Below, piece by piece: positions 1 to 16,063 of a DNA stretch of 64,000 bases. Each line of letters starts with the position of its first letter. Positions within the stretch are counted from its first letter, which is position 1. The notes under the pieces were generated by a model. The model worked only from the letters and a program-made list of their open reading frames with translations. It was not told the DNA's origin and made no database searches. Source of the DNA: the human T2T-CHM13v2.0 reference genome, Homo sapiens; assembly GCF_009914755.1 (NCBI RefSeq), contig NC_060928.1. One strand, 5' to 3'. The position numbers and the translations under genes were made by a program.

Positions 1-175
1 GATCGTGGAGCTGCACCAGCGGATCGCCGGCTGCGAGTGCTGCCGAGCCGGCGGGGCAGCGCGGGGTGGAGCTGAGACCGGCGGGGAGTTTCCCGCGTGG
101 AAGGCGCTGGGCAGGCAGGGAGGGGTGCGTAGAGCCGTGCCACGCTCTCCGCCAAGGTATACTCTTTTTACGTAG
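1..175 (+). pseudogene. 3' end of an additional MRFAP1-family (MRFAP1L2-like) coding region, 5'-truncated by the window edge; stop-loss extends the frame to TAG at 173-175
   Basis: nt 1-43 are identical to 15598-15640 (frame from nt 2: IVELHQRIAGCECC). The paralog's TGA is CGA at 44-46. The frame continues RAGGAARGGAETGGEFPAWKALGRQGGVRRAVPRSPPRYTLFT*. Coding status cannot be judged without upstream sequence. Confidence 0.7.
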
Positions 176-355
176 GTAAAAGAAAATAATTTCATTTCTT
201 AAAAAGAAAAAAAAAAGGAGAAACAGAAACCCAAAGACCTTTAGCAGTAGAACAATAAAGGGCATAGAGCTGCCATGTCGCTAAGGGGGTTAAACCATTT
301 CTTCTATGCCGTAAAGCTAAATATCAGGCGGAGAACAAAATTTAAAAGTGTGTGA

Positions 356-958
<603 letters not shown>

Positions 959-1101
959 TGTGTGAAACGTAAGGCCATTATTGAACATTTCTAAATTTTG
1001 CTGGGAATTTGGAGTGTTTTGCTTGCCCTTTTCTGCCAGAGGTGGCATTCTGCTGGCAGAATTGCAGTTTTCACCCCAGGACAGTGAATTCTGACTCAGA
1101 G

Positions 1102-2203
<1,102 letters not shown>

Positions 2204-2249
2204 GAAGAAGAAGAAATTTTCATCACGATTGTCTATTGATGAGATGGTT

Positions 2250-3290
<1,041 letters not shown>

Positions 3291-4141
3291 TGTCTCATTG
3301 TCCTCAAATGCAGTAAACTGCGGGTTATAATGCATTCAGTGAAGCTGCAATTGGAAGAACAGATAATCCCCAGGCATGGAAATGAGGTTGGAGTAAGAGA
3401 GAAACTGGCACACTTCAGGCCCTAGGTACCTGTGTTCAAAAGCACTGGCTACATGATGCGCCCCAGACCCTGGAGGAGGAATACAGACATGAGACCTGGT
3501 GGTAAAGACAACAAAATAATTCAAAGACAGCGTGCCAGGTGTCACACATGCAGGCAGTAACTCTATTGAGGGGCATCTTATATGCCAGCTATTGTTCTAA
3601 AATAGAACAGTGTTACCGCCCTGATGAAGCTTACATTTTAGAGCAGGGAACCTTCAGAAAACATATAAATATGTCCTGTGGTGACATGTTTGGTGGGTAA
3701 CAAAAGGCACTGTACTGCTGGTAGACATGTAAGATGTAGGAGGAAGGTGGAATAAGGATGAGGTGGCCCAGACTGCAGCTGAATCTCCGGTCCACTGCCG
3801 ACTGACTCACTTTGTAATGTTTCGCAAGTCTCTTCACCTCACTTTACCCCTTCTATAAAATGGGTATACTCAAGAGTAGCTACCTCATGGGGATATCAGG
3901 AAAATTAAATGAGTTGATATTATGTCAGTGGGCCACAGTTGGCTGATCCCTGGGTAGATTTCTGTTGCAGCAAAGCATTCTCTGAAATGTCATTTAGTTA
4001 GGAAGGTTATTAGTGAGTGCTCTTAGGATCCACCCCTGTGGGAGGGAAGGAAAAGAACCAGGATGGGGCGAAGGAGAAGTCTAGCTATGATGAAGGTTCA
4101 GCAGACGCTTCAGCCAACTCTCTAGGGAGTTCTGAAGACGG

Positions 4142-4630
4142 TGTGACAGGCAGCCTCTAAGATGGGCCTCAGCAATCCCTGCCACCTGGCATTCAGGTCT
4201 TTGTAGAATCTCTGTTTTGAGAGTGGGCCAGAGTTATTGACTTGCTTCTAGTGGAGAATTCTGCAGAAGCGGTGGGATGTCCTGGCTTCCACCGTGTACG
4301 CCCTCTCTCCCTCTCAGCATTGCTCAGCCCGGGTATAGCAGACACCGTGCTGTGAAGCAACCCAGTGTAAAGGCTGTGCGGTTTGGGACCAAGGACTGGC
4401 AACAATCACAGGCTTGATTTTCGAAAAGGTCGCCCCTCACCATCCCAGTTGAGCTTTCAAACTACAGTAGCCCAGCCAACATCTTGACTGCAACCTCCAG
4501 AGACCTTGAGCCAGAGGCACCCAGCTAAGCCCTGCGCAGCTCCCTGACCCATGGAAACTGTAAGGTAATAAATGTTTGTTTTAAGCTTTTAAGTTTTGCG
4601 AAAATGTGTTATGCAGCAATGGGTAACTAG
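4142..4630 (+). mobile_element. MaLR LTR (MLT1E/F-like)
   Basis: TGTGACAGGCAGCCTCTAAGATGG start; AATAAATGTTTGTTTTAAGC...GTTATGCAGCAAT end typical of MLT1. Confidence 0.6.
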
Positions 4631-4989
4631 GACGGTTTGATGGCTCTTCAGAGCCCTCCCCACGTTGGGGTGAGAGGACTGGGCTTTCTACCTCTGCAGA
4701 GATCAATCACCAAATGCAGCTGCCCCAGGAAGGATGGGGTGACAATCTCTGAAGATGGCTGCTGGCTTGGGGCTGTCTCAGCAGCTGGAATAAGACCTTC
4801 ATTCCTAAAGGGCAGTCTGAGCCATGTGTCCTCCATAGCTGCCAACGTTCTGAGGCTCTAGACTGTCGCCTGCTCAAGTTCACCAAGGTTTGTATACACC
4901 GTTAGAGCCAAGGCTAGCTTGAACGCTCCTATGCTTGGGTTACCTGCTTATTCTTTTTCCTATTTGGCCTCTAAGGAGTCCGTATTTTT

Positions 4990-5448
4990 TTCTTCCAGCT
5001 CAAGTCCCGGAAAGCAGCCGCGCGTGGGACAGTCGCCCTGGCCGCTGGCCGCCGGGCCCCACGGCGCCGTCCGTCCCCGGCCCCAAGCCTCCCTGAGCCT
5101 GCGGCCGGGGTTCCCTCCTGGCCGACCCTGGGCCTGGAGCGAGGGGGCGCGGACATGCGGAAGGGGACCGCGAGGCGGGTGCGCCCGGGACCCTGGGTTC
5201 CGGGTCCTGCGTGCCGTGCTCGTCCAGAGCCGGGAATGTTCGCCTCCGGGTGGGGCCCTGAAGCCATAGCGGGGGTCGCCCCCCTGTCGCCTCCTGAGGG
5301 CGCGCGCCTCGTGACAGGGGCCTTGACCTGGTAAAGCCAGAGCTCGGGGAGCTCCGCCGTCTCCTGGCACCCAGGTCTCCTCGCCAAGCCTCCGCGGGCC
5401 TCCTCCCTGCCCTTCTCCCGGGCCGATCCTACTTTCTTTAAAATTCTT
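4990..5448. promoter_or_regulatory. CpG island with no adjacent recognisable CDS
   Basis: High GC, dense CpG, GGGGGCGCGG GC-box-like and CCGGAA motifs. Confidence 0.65.
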
Positions 5449-5749
5449 GCCGGGCGCGGTGGCTCATGCCTGTAATCCCAACACTTTGGGAGGCGGAGGC
5501 GGGCGGATCACGAGGTCAGGATATCGAGACCGTCCTGGCTAAGATGGTGAAACCCCGTCTCTACTAAAAATACAAAAAATTAGCCGGGCGTGGTGGCGGG
5601 CACCTGTAGTCCCCGCTCCTCAGGAGGCTGAGGCAGGAGAATGGCGTGAACCTGGGTGGCCGAGCTTGCAGTGAGCCGAGATCGCGCCACTGCACTCCAG
5701 CCTGGGTGACAGAGCGAGACTCCGTCTCAAAAAAAAAAAAAAAAAAAAA
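5449..5749 (+). mobile_element. AluY with TSD AAAATTCTT
   Basis: AluY diagnostics (GGAGAATGGCGTGAACC, GAGCTTGCAGTGAGCCGAGATCGCG); TSD on both flanks. Confidence 0.92.
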
Positions 5750-5910
5750 TTCTTTGTGGGTGATGCAGGTTCAGGAACCGCTGCACACCGAGCGCTTCCC
5801 GCGCCGCCTAGAGGTGATGGGAACAGCTCCTGAGGAAGGTGGCTCAGCCTCGGCCTGCAGCTCCTCCCAGGCCTCCCGCTCCCTGCGCCCAGCGGCTCTG
5901 GCCCGGCCGC

Positions 5911-7276
<1,366 letters not shown>

Positions 7277-7476
7277 TGAGTCCCCCTCTCCGCTGCCCAC
7301 CCCAGTTTGTCGCCATGTTGGCTCCTTGCCTCTCCTGCACCTCGGCTCTTCCTTTAGGTTCTGGCCCCTCTCGTCCCCTCAGGCCCGAAACCTTTGGAAG
7401 CCTTAGTTCCTCCACAACGTCTTAACAAACTCACCCTCCTTCACCAAAGGGGAAGACGGGGTGGATGAGGGGATAA

Positions 7477-8226
<750 letters not shown>

Positions 8227-8489
8227 TCAGAAACCATTTCTTAACGTTAGCATTCCTTGCCATCCTGAGAGGCTGGGAGGGAGAAACAGTGGTGATTACA
8301 AACCCACAAGCCCCAGATCCTTCAGAGTTAAGAGTTCCGCTTGCATTTTACTCTAAGCAACCAGAGGTCAGGCAACTCTTCAGCAGTGCCTGGAATCCGT
8401 TTCATAAGTACATGCTGTCTCTTCCACGTTTCTGCAGAGTTTAGGTATTGCTAAACTCTGCTTCTGTGTAACAGGGACCCCTTTCCTCC

Positions 8490-8790
8490 TGTTACTGTGT
8501 CCCCTCAAAATCCATGTTGAAATCCTACCCGCAATGTGATGGGGTTAGGAAGAAGCTTTTGGGGGTGGCAAGGTCATGAGGGTGGAGCCCTCATGCATGG
8601 GATTAGTACCCTTATCAAAGGGACCCCAGAGAGCTCCCTCGCCCCTCCTGCCATGTGAAAACACAGAGAAAGGGCTCTCCCTCCCCAAACACTGAATCTG
8701 CCAGCGCCTTCATCTTGGACTTTCAGCCTCCAGCGCTGTGAGGAACCTTTGTTTCTAAGCCCCCCAGGCTATGACATTCTGTTACAGCAG
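8490..8790 (+). mobile_element. MaLR LTR (MLT1A-like)
   Basis: TGTGTCCCCTCAAAATCCATGTTGAAATCCTA...CATCTTGGACTTTCAGCCTCCAG. Confidence 0.6.
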
Positions 8791-8833
8791 CCTGGTGGGC
8801 TGCAGCACCTCCAGATGCCTCACTCTTCTTTAG

Positions 8834-9518
<685 letters not shown>

Positions 9519-9839
9519 TAGCAGTGGACGTGGAGACAGCTTTGTTGTTGTGGCCGTGATGCGTCCCACACTCCAGTGGCTCGCGCTTCCTGTACTAGAC
9601 ACTCCATTATGGCAGCTGCCTTTGGTGGAAGAATTTAGCATGACTCAGAATTGTGTCGAGCCCAGAATCTTACCAAACCCAGAATCAACATTGTTTCAGA
9701 TAAATAAATAGTAAATTCTTTTGTTATTCCTAGACTATTCATGTAATGTGGGTTAAGTCATACACAATGTGGTCTGACCAGTTATTATGTGTAATGAGTG
9801 TTAAATGGAGTGTGGAACTTACCCAGATTTTCTGAATTA

Positions 9840-10526
<687 letters not shown>

Positions 10527-11441
10527 TCAAGCCACAGTTTCTAAAGAGAAAATCCAGAACGTCTGGGCCTCCAAGCAAGATCCCTTCACCTGAGAGTGAG
10601 CAAATGAAGACATGGGGAAAAGAAGAGACTGGCATTTTAATGTATCCGGGATTATAATCCCACCTACGGGCATCAACTGGCTTTTGCTGCATGAGCCACC
10701 CTAAATCTCTGTGACAACAATAAACATTCCTCATGGTCTGCAGTTTGGCTGGGAGTTGGATGATCCAGGCTGGGCTCAGTAATGGTCTGCGGGCCACCTG
10801 GTCTAGGCTAGGCCTGTCTAGAGCAGCTTGGTTCTGTGTTTCTCTCACCATCTTCCCAAGACCGGTGCCCGTTCTTCTCATAGCGAAGGCAGAGACGCAG
10901 AGGAAAGCGAGTCCAACCGCGAAAGCCTCTTTCAAACCTGTGCTTGTGTCCTCTCTGTGAACCTCTCACTGGCCAAAGCAAGACATGAGGCAAAGAACAT
11001 GGATGCATGAAGGGGTGGGGAATTGGGGTCATTTATACTACCTACCATCATCTGTGCCCACTGCCCCCATTATTCATGGAAAAATTGCCCACCCCCATCT
11101 AAGGACCCCCTTCCTACTTTCTTCCAATCATGGCCTCAAGCAAGAAGTCTAGCATCTTGTGAGCCACATCAGGTCCTAATATGGCTTTTATTGGTCTAGA
11201 AGCTTATGCACTTTTTGAAAAGACAAGTTATTGTCCACTTAGACCCAACATTCAGTGATGAGACAGGGACAGGATAAGGCCCATTGGCAAGGGAAGAATG
11301 AAGGGGTGAAATAGCAGTCACATAGCTATTTTGAAACTCGGTGGAGTAAACATTGCCAGGTCCTCTACTTTAAAGCTAGGGAATGTAAGGCTTTGGTTCT
11401 GCAACCTGGAAGTGGCTCAGCAGGAGTTGCACAGGAGTGCA

Positions 11442-11600
11442 CAGGAGTTGGCAAACATTTTCTGTAAAGATCTAAACAGTAAATATGTTAGGCTTTGTGG
11501 GCCACATACAGTCTCTATCACATATTCCTATTTCTCCTTTTCTTTTTTAAAGATATGAAAGTCTTTCTTAGTTCAGGAGCTGCAGTTTGCCATTGGTCCC
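11442..11600. mobile_element. MER58-like hAT-Charlie MITE
   Basis: CAGGAGTTGGCAAACATTTTCTGTAAAG...GGCTTTGTGGGCCA...GCAGTTTGCC terminal motifs. Confidence 0.55.
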
Positions 11601-12155
11601 CACACACTGGCCTGCACTGACACATCCTTCTTTTTCCATCACACTTCTGAAAAGGGCATTTTAAAATGCGCCAGTTTGGGCTACTGAGCCTGCTTTCTGC
11701 CGGTGGAAAGATTGGGAGTCTAGAAGTCCTTTGACACTTTGAACTGTCGCTTGGATAAGCTAGAGCATTTTTGCTAATATGTTCACCTCGAAACTTTTGT
11801 GGGTTTCCATGTATTTTATTCCATTCCACTCATACCAAGAGACAATTCTTTTTGAGGTGTGTTTAGCTCTCTAGACTTAATTACTGCTGTGTTTGTCACA
11901 TTGGCTGCAGTGAGATCGTGACATTAGGATTCCTGGGAGCCTGCGCTGGGCGGAATTTAAGATGGCTCCTCCATGATCTTCACTCTCTGGGTGAAAACTG
12001 TCGGTCAGCCCATGCCCAGGATTGTTGATCAGTGCTGAAGGTCCTGAGGCTGTTTTTAGCATAGTCTAAAACTTAAGCAAAGCAATAATTATAATTGAGC
12101 AAGCAAAATTGTTCTTTAACATGGAATCGATGCTGTTACACAACCACATAAGCAC

Positions 12156-12517
12156 TATTTTAGTCCGTTCACGCTGCTCTAACAAAATACCAGAAACTGG
12201 GTGTCTTCTAAACAACAGAAATGTATTTTCTGAGTTCTGAAGGCTGAGCAGTACAAGATCACGGTGCCAGCAGGTTTGGTGCCTGGTGAGGGCCCACTTC
12301 TGGTTCATAGAAGCCCATCTTTTTGCTATAACCTCCCACAGCAGAAGGGGTAAGGCGGCCCTGTGGAGTTGTTTTATGAGGGTGCTAATCTCATTCATGA
12401 AAGCTAAGCCTTCATGACCACATCACCTCCCAAAGACCCCACCTCCTAATATCATCACATTGGGGATTGCTTTGCAACATATGAATTTTGGGGGGACTCA
12501 CATATTTGGACCATGGC
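12156..12517 (-). mobile_element. MaLR LTR (MLT1A-like)
   Basis: TTAGTCCGTTCACGCTGCTCTAACAAAATACCA...CAACATATGAATTTTGGGGGGAC. Confidence 0.65.
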
Positions 12518-13274
12518 AAGCCCCTTAAAAGCAGAGTTTTCTCCAGCTGGGAGCAGAAGGGGATGACAGAGAGGCTGGAAGGATAAGAAGGATCCGACAT
12601 GCTCTTACTGGCTTTGAAGATGGAGAGGGCCACGTTTAAGGACCGGAGAGTGACCTGTAGGAGCTGAGAGTGACCTCTGGCCATCAAGCATGGAGGGTCC
12701 CCTTAACTTTCTGCTAGAGGTACACAGTGAATAAGCCTAGACACAATGACATGCAGTGGGTGCTTAATAAAGATCTCTTGGGAAATGAGCATTAAAGCAA
12801 CATTTATTGGGCTCCTGCTGTATGCCAAGCCCATTTCAAGCTGAGGAAACAGATGACTAAACTGACTAAGTACCTGCCCCTAGGGCCTGTTTTCTCGCAG
12901 AGGCACTTATATAGTCCAGTGAAGAAAGAAATCTTCCAGAATGATTCCTAAAGGCATATTCAGAGCCTGGCAGGGCTGAGGAAACAGTGGTGAATCAGAC
13001 CCACCTTGGCCTTGGGTGCCCACAGTGGGTAAAGCCAGACTCCAACTTACAGCCAAAGCCCCAGGCAGAGTGAAGCTTATACCCTTAGGAAAAAAGTAGG
13101 GGGAGGCTGGGTCACAGCACTCAGCATCAGCACCGAGGCCGCAGCTCTGTGTTCCAGGAGCATCTGCCCGAGGCAAGAGGGAGCGGAGGCCCTGGCTGGG
13201 GGCAAATCCCGACGCTGTGAGCACCTGGCTTCTCGGAGCCTGGAATATTCTAACGGGACCACTGAATTCGGTTG

Positions 13275-13587
13275 TTTATTATTTTTATTTATTTATTTTG
13301 AGACAGGGTCTCGCCCTGTCACTGGGCTGGGGTGCAGTGGCGCAATCAGGCGTTCAGAGCTCACCTCGGTCTCGACCTGCTGGGCTCAAGCAATCTTCCC
13401 GGCTCAGCCTCTCAAGTAGCTGGGACTATCGGCACGCGCCACCACGCCCAGCTAATTTCTTGTGTTTTTTTTGGTAGGGTTTTTTCCCTTGTTGCCCAGG
13501 CTGGTATGGAACTCCTGAGCTCAAGCGATCCTCTCACCTCAGCCTCCCAAAGTGCTGGGATTATAGGCGTGAGCCACACGCCCGGCC
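13275..13587 (-). mobile_element. Alu (J-type)
   Basis: Reverse Alu with a (TTTA)n tail. Confidence 0.85.
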
Positions 13588-13613
13588 TGGGTGTTTATGA
13601 TTTAGAATGTTGG

Positions 13614-14819
13614 TGAGAGGTGACAGTGTGCTGGCAGTCCTCACAGCCCTCGCTCACTCTCGGTGCCTCCTCTGCCTGGGCTCCCACTTTGGCAGCACTT
13701 GAGGAGCCCTTCAGCCCACTGCTGCACTGTGGAGGCCCCTTTCTGGGCTGGCCAAGGCCAGAGCCGGCTCTCTCAGCTTGCAGGGAGGTGTGGAGGGAGA
13801 GGCGCGAGCGGGCACCGGGGCTGCACACGGCGCTTGCGGGCCAGCTGGAGTTCAGGGTGGGCGTGGGCTTGGTGGGCCCCGCACTCGGAGCAGCCGGCCG
13901 GCCCTGCCAGCCCCCGGCAATGAGGGGCTTAGCACCCGGGCCAGCGGCTGCGGAGGGTGTACTGGGTCCCTCAGCAGTGCCAGCCCACCGGCGCTGTGCT
14001 CGATTTCTCACCGGGCCTTAGCTGCCTTTCCGAGGGGCAGGGCTCGGGACCTGCAGCCCGCCATGCCTGAGCCTCCCACCCCCTCCATGGGCTCCTGTGC
14101 TGCCCGAGCCTCCTCGACGAGCACCACCCCCTGCTCCACGGCGCCCACTCCCATCACCACCCAAGGGCTGAGGAGTGTGGGCGCACGGTGCCGTTCTCGC
14201 AGGCAGCTCCACCTGCAGCCCTGGTGTGGGATCCACTTGGTGAAGCCAGCTGGGCTCCTGAGTCTGGTGGGGATGTGGAGAACCTTTATGTCTAGCTCAG
14301 GGATTGTAAATACACCAATCAGCACCGTGTGTCTAGCTCAGGGTTTGTGAATATACCAATCGACTCTGCTGGGGCCTTGGAGAACCTTTGTGTCTAGCTC
14401 AGGGATTGTAAACGCACCAATCAGCACCCTGTCAAAACAGACCACTCGGCTCTACCAATCAGCAGGATGTGGGTGGGGCCAGATAAGACAATAAAAGCAG
14501 GCTGCCGGAGCCAGCAGTGGCAACCGGCTCAGGTCCCCTTCTATTGTGGAAGCTTTGTTCTTTCTCTCTTTGCAATAAATCCTGCTGCTGCTCACTCTTT
14601 GGGTCCACACTGCCTTTATGAGCCGTAACAGGTCTGCAGTTTCACTCCTGAGCCGGCGAGACCACGAACCCACCAGAAGGAAAAAACTCCGAACACATCC
14701 GAACATCAGAAGGAACAAACTCCAGACGCGCCACTTTAAGAGCTGTAACACTCACCGCGAGGGTCCGTGGCTTCATTCTTGAAGTCAGTGAGACCAAGAA
14801 CCCACCAATTCCGGACACA
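13614..14819 (+). mobile_element. Solo LTR12 (ERV9, LTR12C-like) with 4-bp TSD TTGG
   Basis: Starts TGAGAGGTGACAG and ends CCAATTCCGGACACA; tandem CACCAATCAGCAC (CCAAT) units; TTGG at 13610-13613 and 14820-14823. Confidence 0.92.
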
Positions 14820-14959
14820 TTGGGAACTTAGAGCAGTGCTTGGGACATGGTTATCAGCGTCAGCTATTTCCTTAAACTAGCGTGAAGTCGACTTTAACCT
14901 TCCAGCAGTGTGAGTGAGGGCCCTGACCCTAGAATCAACGCCCAAAGAGCTGTGGCGCT

Positions 14960-15283
14960 ACAGCGGGCGGGGACATGGGGTGCGCATGCGTGCGGGGGGT
15001 ACGCGTGCGTGCAAGTGCGCGTGCGCGCGCAGGACCGCTGAGGCGGGAGCCCCGAATGCGGTTCTCGCTTGCTGCGTGGCGGTAAAGGACCGCAGGTGTC
15101 GTAAAAGGGCCGCAGTGGCAGCGCCCTGGCCGACGGCTAGTAGCCCATTTTGGATACCGTCCTCGCTGCGGAAAGTTGGGGCAACCTGTTGCTAGTCTGG
15201 TCGTTGGTGACAGCGAGGCTTCCGCGCTCGCTGCTGGTGAGCAGCCCCGGCGTGCCCCGCGGGCTGGAAGAGGCGGCGGCGTG
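14960..15283 (+). promoter_or_regulatory. CpG-island promoter and 5'UTR of the MRFAP1L2-like gene
   Basis: NRF1-like TGCGCATGCG at 14981-14990; TGTCGTAAAAGGGCCGCA at 15097-15114 conserved with the MRFAP1L1 promoter; YY1-like CCATTTTG at ~15145. Confidence 0.75.
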
Positions 15284-15643
15284 ATGCGGCCCGTGGACGC
15301 GGACGAGGCGCGGGAGCCCCGCGAGGAGCCGGGCAGCCCGCTGAGCCCCGCGCCCCGCGCCGGCCGCGAGAACCTGGCCTCCCTGGAGCGCGAGCGCGCC
15401 CGGGCGCACTGGCGGGCCCGCAGGAAGCTGCTGGAGATCCAGAGCCTGCTCGACGCCATCAAGAGTGAGGTGGAGGCAGAGGAGCGGGGCGCCCGGGCCC
15501 CAGCACCCCGCCCGCGTGCGGAGGCTGAGGAGCGGGTGGCTCGGCTGTGCGCCGAAGCAGAGAGGAAGGCTGCGGAGGCGGCGCGGATGGGCAGGCGGAT
15601 CGTGGAGCTGCACCAGCGGATCGCCGGCTGCGAGTGCTGCTGA
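15284..15643 (+). CDS. MRFAP1L2: MRFAP1-like protein, 119 aa (LOC93622/MRFAP1L2; often annotated as a pseudogene)
   Basis: Intact ORF MRPVDADEAREP...RIAGCECC*; ~45% identity (54/119, manual alignment with one 8-aa gap) to MRFAP1L1; G at -3. Confidence 0.75.
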   Translation: MRPVDADEAREPREEPGSPLSPAPRAGRENLASLERERARAHWRARRKLLEIQSLLDAIKSEVEAEERGARAPAPRPRAEAEERVARLCAEAERKAAEAARMGRRIVELHQRIAGCECC

Positions 15644-16063
15644 GCCGGCGAGGCCGCGCGGGTCTGGAGCGGAGCGCGGCGGGGAGTGTCCCGCGTGGAA
15701 GGCGCTGGGTAGGCAGGGAGGGGAGCGCAGAGCCGTGCCACGCTCTCCGCGGAGTTGGTTTCATTCTTTTTTCATAGGTAATTAGAGAAAATAATTTGAT
15801 ATGTTGTTGTAAAGAGTCATGACCACTGGAAGTATTTTCAGGACGTAGACCTGGTGGGTCACTACGTGGGGGGAGAGAGGTGTGAAGCGGAGGTACATGC
15901 TGGAAACGTGTGAATGTTGTTACGAGATTGGAGCGTTTGCGATGACCTTCCTGCAGGTGGAAGCATTGTGCACAGGTGGTTGGGTTTGTTTGACTCCCGG
16001 ATATGAGAATATCAAGCTCAAAATTTATGTTGTGATGATGAATTTCTCCCACTTGTACTTTAG

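Noticed and set aside
13595-14751. Multiple overlapping ORFs of 72-190 aa
   Set aside because: All lie within the GC-rich LTR12
15176-15283. N-terminal extension of the MRFAP1L2 ORF in the ORF track
   Set aside because: Starts at TTG; homology to MRFAP1L1 begins at ATG 15284
14935-15741. 268-aa antisense ORF over MRFAP1L2
   Set aside because: GC-rich shadow ORF with no recognisable domain and a non-ATG start
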